Shown here: positions 56,980-59,036 of the stretch, piece by piece | Numbering within the stretch: position 1 is the first letter of the stretch | Layout of the letters: the number at the start of each line of letters is the position of its first letter | Source: Macrostomum lignano | Lineage: Eukaryota | Length of the DNA: 59,036 nt | Assembly: GCA_002269645.1 (NCBI GenBank) | Contig: NIVC01004125.1 | Coordinates: 1 to 59,036 of the forward strand | Direction of reading: 5' to 3' | Program-made: the position numbers and the translations under genes | The notes under the pieces: generated by a model | Seen by the model: only the letters and a program-made list of their open reading frames with translations | Told to the model about the DNA's origin: nothing | Databases searched by the model: none

Positions 56980-57950
56980 ATTCTAGCCAACGCATTTCAT
57001 CAAACATAAGACGTCGTCAGGGCAAATTCAATCAACCTAAGATCACACCACCAATGTATTTAAGCAAAATCACTGTACAGTCCAGAGGCGGGTCAACACA
57101 GTCCGGTAGAATTTAGAAAATGCCAAGTACACAACAAAGTGAGAGAGAAAAAAAAATAATAAATAGGCATAGCTCTGCTCACAGTACTCTTAGCTTACGC
57201 TCCACCCCATTGCTAGCAAGCTGCACATTCAGGTTGGGTTTGTGCATTCTGATATATGAAGCTTCGATAATCTTAAGCTGGTGGTCAAATTTGCACCCAT
57301 CCAGCACTTTAAAGAGCTGAATCGGTTCACCGTCACAGCATTTTTTACAAACAAGCAGATGGTCATTAATCGCAGAGCTTTTTAGCCAATGTTCCCTAGC
57401 TCTAGTGTGCAGGTGTCGCTTCGTTTTTCCAATGTAGGAAATGCTCTGATCCTCAGAGCAGCGAAATTGGTAAACAACACCAGCCCTTAGAGCAAGTGGA
57501 ACAGCTGACTTGAGCCTGCTAGCATAGCAACCAATCTTTTCGGTGCGAAACACAATCCTAACGGTGCACTTAAGCCATTTGCTAAACATTTTCTCAAGTT
57601 TTTTCTTAAAGTCAAGTGAAGCGTTGCCAAAAAATAGGAGAACCAACAGAGCGTCCCAAGAATCTATCTCCGGTTGCCTGGGTCTCGCATTGCTAGAAAC
57701 TTTCTTAGTGACAAATGCATTGATAATACGGCTGACAAAACTAAGAGGGTAACCGTTAGATCTAAGGATTTTAGTCAGGGCACAAACCTCTTGGTAAAAT
57801 AAACTCCAAGAACTGCTCACCTCGTAGGCTCCATGAAGAAGGCACCTAACTAACCCGGATTTCCAGTGAGTTGGACATAAAGCATGAAAACTTAACATCA
57901 GCCCAGTAAATGTCGGTTTACGGTAAACTTTCATAAGAGGACAGTGTCCA
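56980..57950 (-). mobile_element. 5'-truncated Penelope-like retroelement (RT C-terminus + GIY-YIG endonuclease)
   Basis: ORF 57179-57934: VYRKPTFTG...HALCP..WKSGLVRCL...L..NGYP (PLE RT thumb region), then GVVYQFRC...YIGKTKRHLHTRAREH...SAINDH...IIEASYI...KPNLN (GIY-YIG). The RT catalytic core is absent. Confidence 0.92.
56986..57023 (-). ncRNA. Candidate minimal type-I hammerhead ribozyme in the Penelope 3' terminal region
   Basis: Minus strand GCC-CUGACGA-C-GUC-UUAUGUUU-GAU-GAAA-UGCG-UU-GGC. It has the core CUGANGA...GAAA...UH, stem I GCC/GGC, a 3-bp stem II and a self-complementary AUGCGU stem III. Confidence 0.65.
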
Positions 57951-58074
57951 GAACAGAAAGAAATGTTATGATTTCTTCTCTAGTGGAAGACAATGAGCGA
58001 AGACCTCTTAATAACTGCTCTCTAAACAAAGTTTCTTATTTCATGTTGTCATAACATTATTTTTTTATTTTCAA

Positions 58075-58160
58075 GCTTGAAGCATCGCTTCTTTAGCTTA
58101 TGGCTAGGTGTATGTGCGCTTGAAGCATCGCTTCTTTAGCTTATGGCTAGGTGTATGTGC
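58075..58160. repeat. Perfect 43-bp tandem duplication
   Basis: GCTTGAAGCATCGCTTCTTTAGCTTATGGCTAGGTGTATGTGC x2. Confidence 0.9.
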
Positions 58161-58282
58161 GACTGAGTCGTCTATGGCCACACCCAACAGAAGTGTCTTC
58201 CCCATACTGCTAATGGTATCCTATTGCAGCCAATGGCCATTTTCAACTATCTAGCATCTGTGCATTTAGCACAGATTGGTCT

Positions 58283-58490
58283 TTAGCTATATAGGCACAG
58301 CGTGGGTGGCGGGAGGTTGGGGCACCAGGGGCACATGCCCCCCCCCCCTAGAAAATGAGTCTACATGGTATAGCATTTTTAGTGCTTTTTCTGATTTTAG
58401 GCCCTAATTAGCAGCTTATAAAGGTACCTGTGCCCCCTTTGCCCTGTGCCTGATGCCCCCCCCCCTAAAATATTTGGCTCCACTGCCCCT
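58283..58490. mobile_element. Possible short GC-rich MITE remnant
   Basis: GC island in AT-rich DNA with GGGGCACATGCCCCCCC and GTGCCCCC motifs, ending GGCTCCACTGCCCCTG. The left terminus is not clearly inverted. Confidence 0.35.
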
Positions 58491-59036
58491 GAGGCACAAT
58501 CTAATATACTGATATAGTCTAGCACTAGAAAAGGGGGCATCTGGCACAGATCAGACCTTGACTACAAATGGGTGATAATATAATACCTAGAGTAAGAAAA
58601 TATAGCATATAGTATTAGCTAGTTTTTTCAGTAGAATAATGGTGCCATTTGGCATTCTAGGTCCAAAACCCTGATGCCAAACTGAAAACTAGAATTCCAG
58701 TTGGCATCAATAAAAAATGTTGAAATTAAGAAAATTCCTATCTTTCATCTGCCCCTCACCAGTGTTGTTATAGGAATTTCTGAAAAAAATTCCGCAGATT
58801 AAGAAAAATCTGCAGAATATATTTCTTATGAATTAGAAAGTTAAAAGATCCATTTTTAATCCTCAAAATTTGTTCACAATATTATTAAAACCAATTTCAA
58901 CAACATCCTAACCAAGGAATCTAAATCCTAATGTATTTCAGGTCTCCTAAAGTAAAATGCTAACAATATAAAATTAGCATAGTAGCAAAGCATATAAAAT
59001 TAGTGGAGACATATAGAGGGAAAAGGAGAGATAGAC

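Overview
Eukaryotic (animal) genomic DNA. GT-AG spliced genes with GC-rich exons and short introns sit among long micro/minisatellites, tRNA-derived SINEs and small DNA transposons. The style suggests a free-living flatworm such as Macrostomum lignano (inference, not verified). Reconstructed genes in order: a Cys-rich, probably GPI-anchored protein (+, 5' end not found); a 5-TM prominin-like protein (+); a 17-exon otoancorin/stereocilin/mesothelin-family protein (+); an intronless 2xBIR-UBA-RING IAP (-); a spliced hydantoinase-A + DUF917 fusion enzyme (+); a HERC3/4-like RCC1-HECT ligase (-); and a DCN1-like NEDD8 E3 (-). From about 50.65 kb the window is AT-rich, lacks host genes and contains MITEs and a 5'-truncated Penelope-like retroelement with a candidate hammerhead ribozyme. 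The top observations are a 50-bp x ~51 satellite that appears to have grown in situ from a SINE 3' region, the hydantoinase-DUF917 fusion, the Penelope hammerhead, two related minisatellites set as an inverted pair, and the otoancorin-like protein with an extra Cys-rich N-terminus. Five of the seven genes carry small frameshifts, probably long-read indel errors. All calls come from reading the sequence by eye; no database searches were run.
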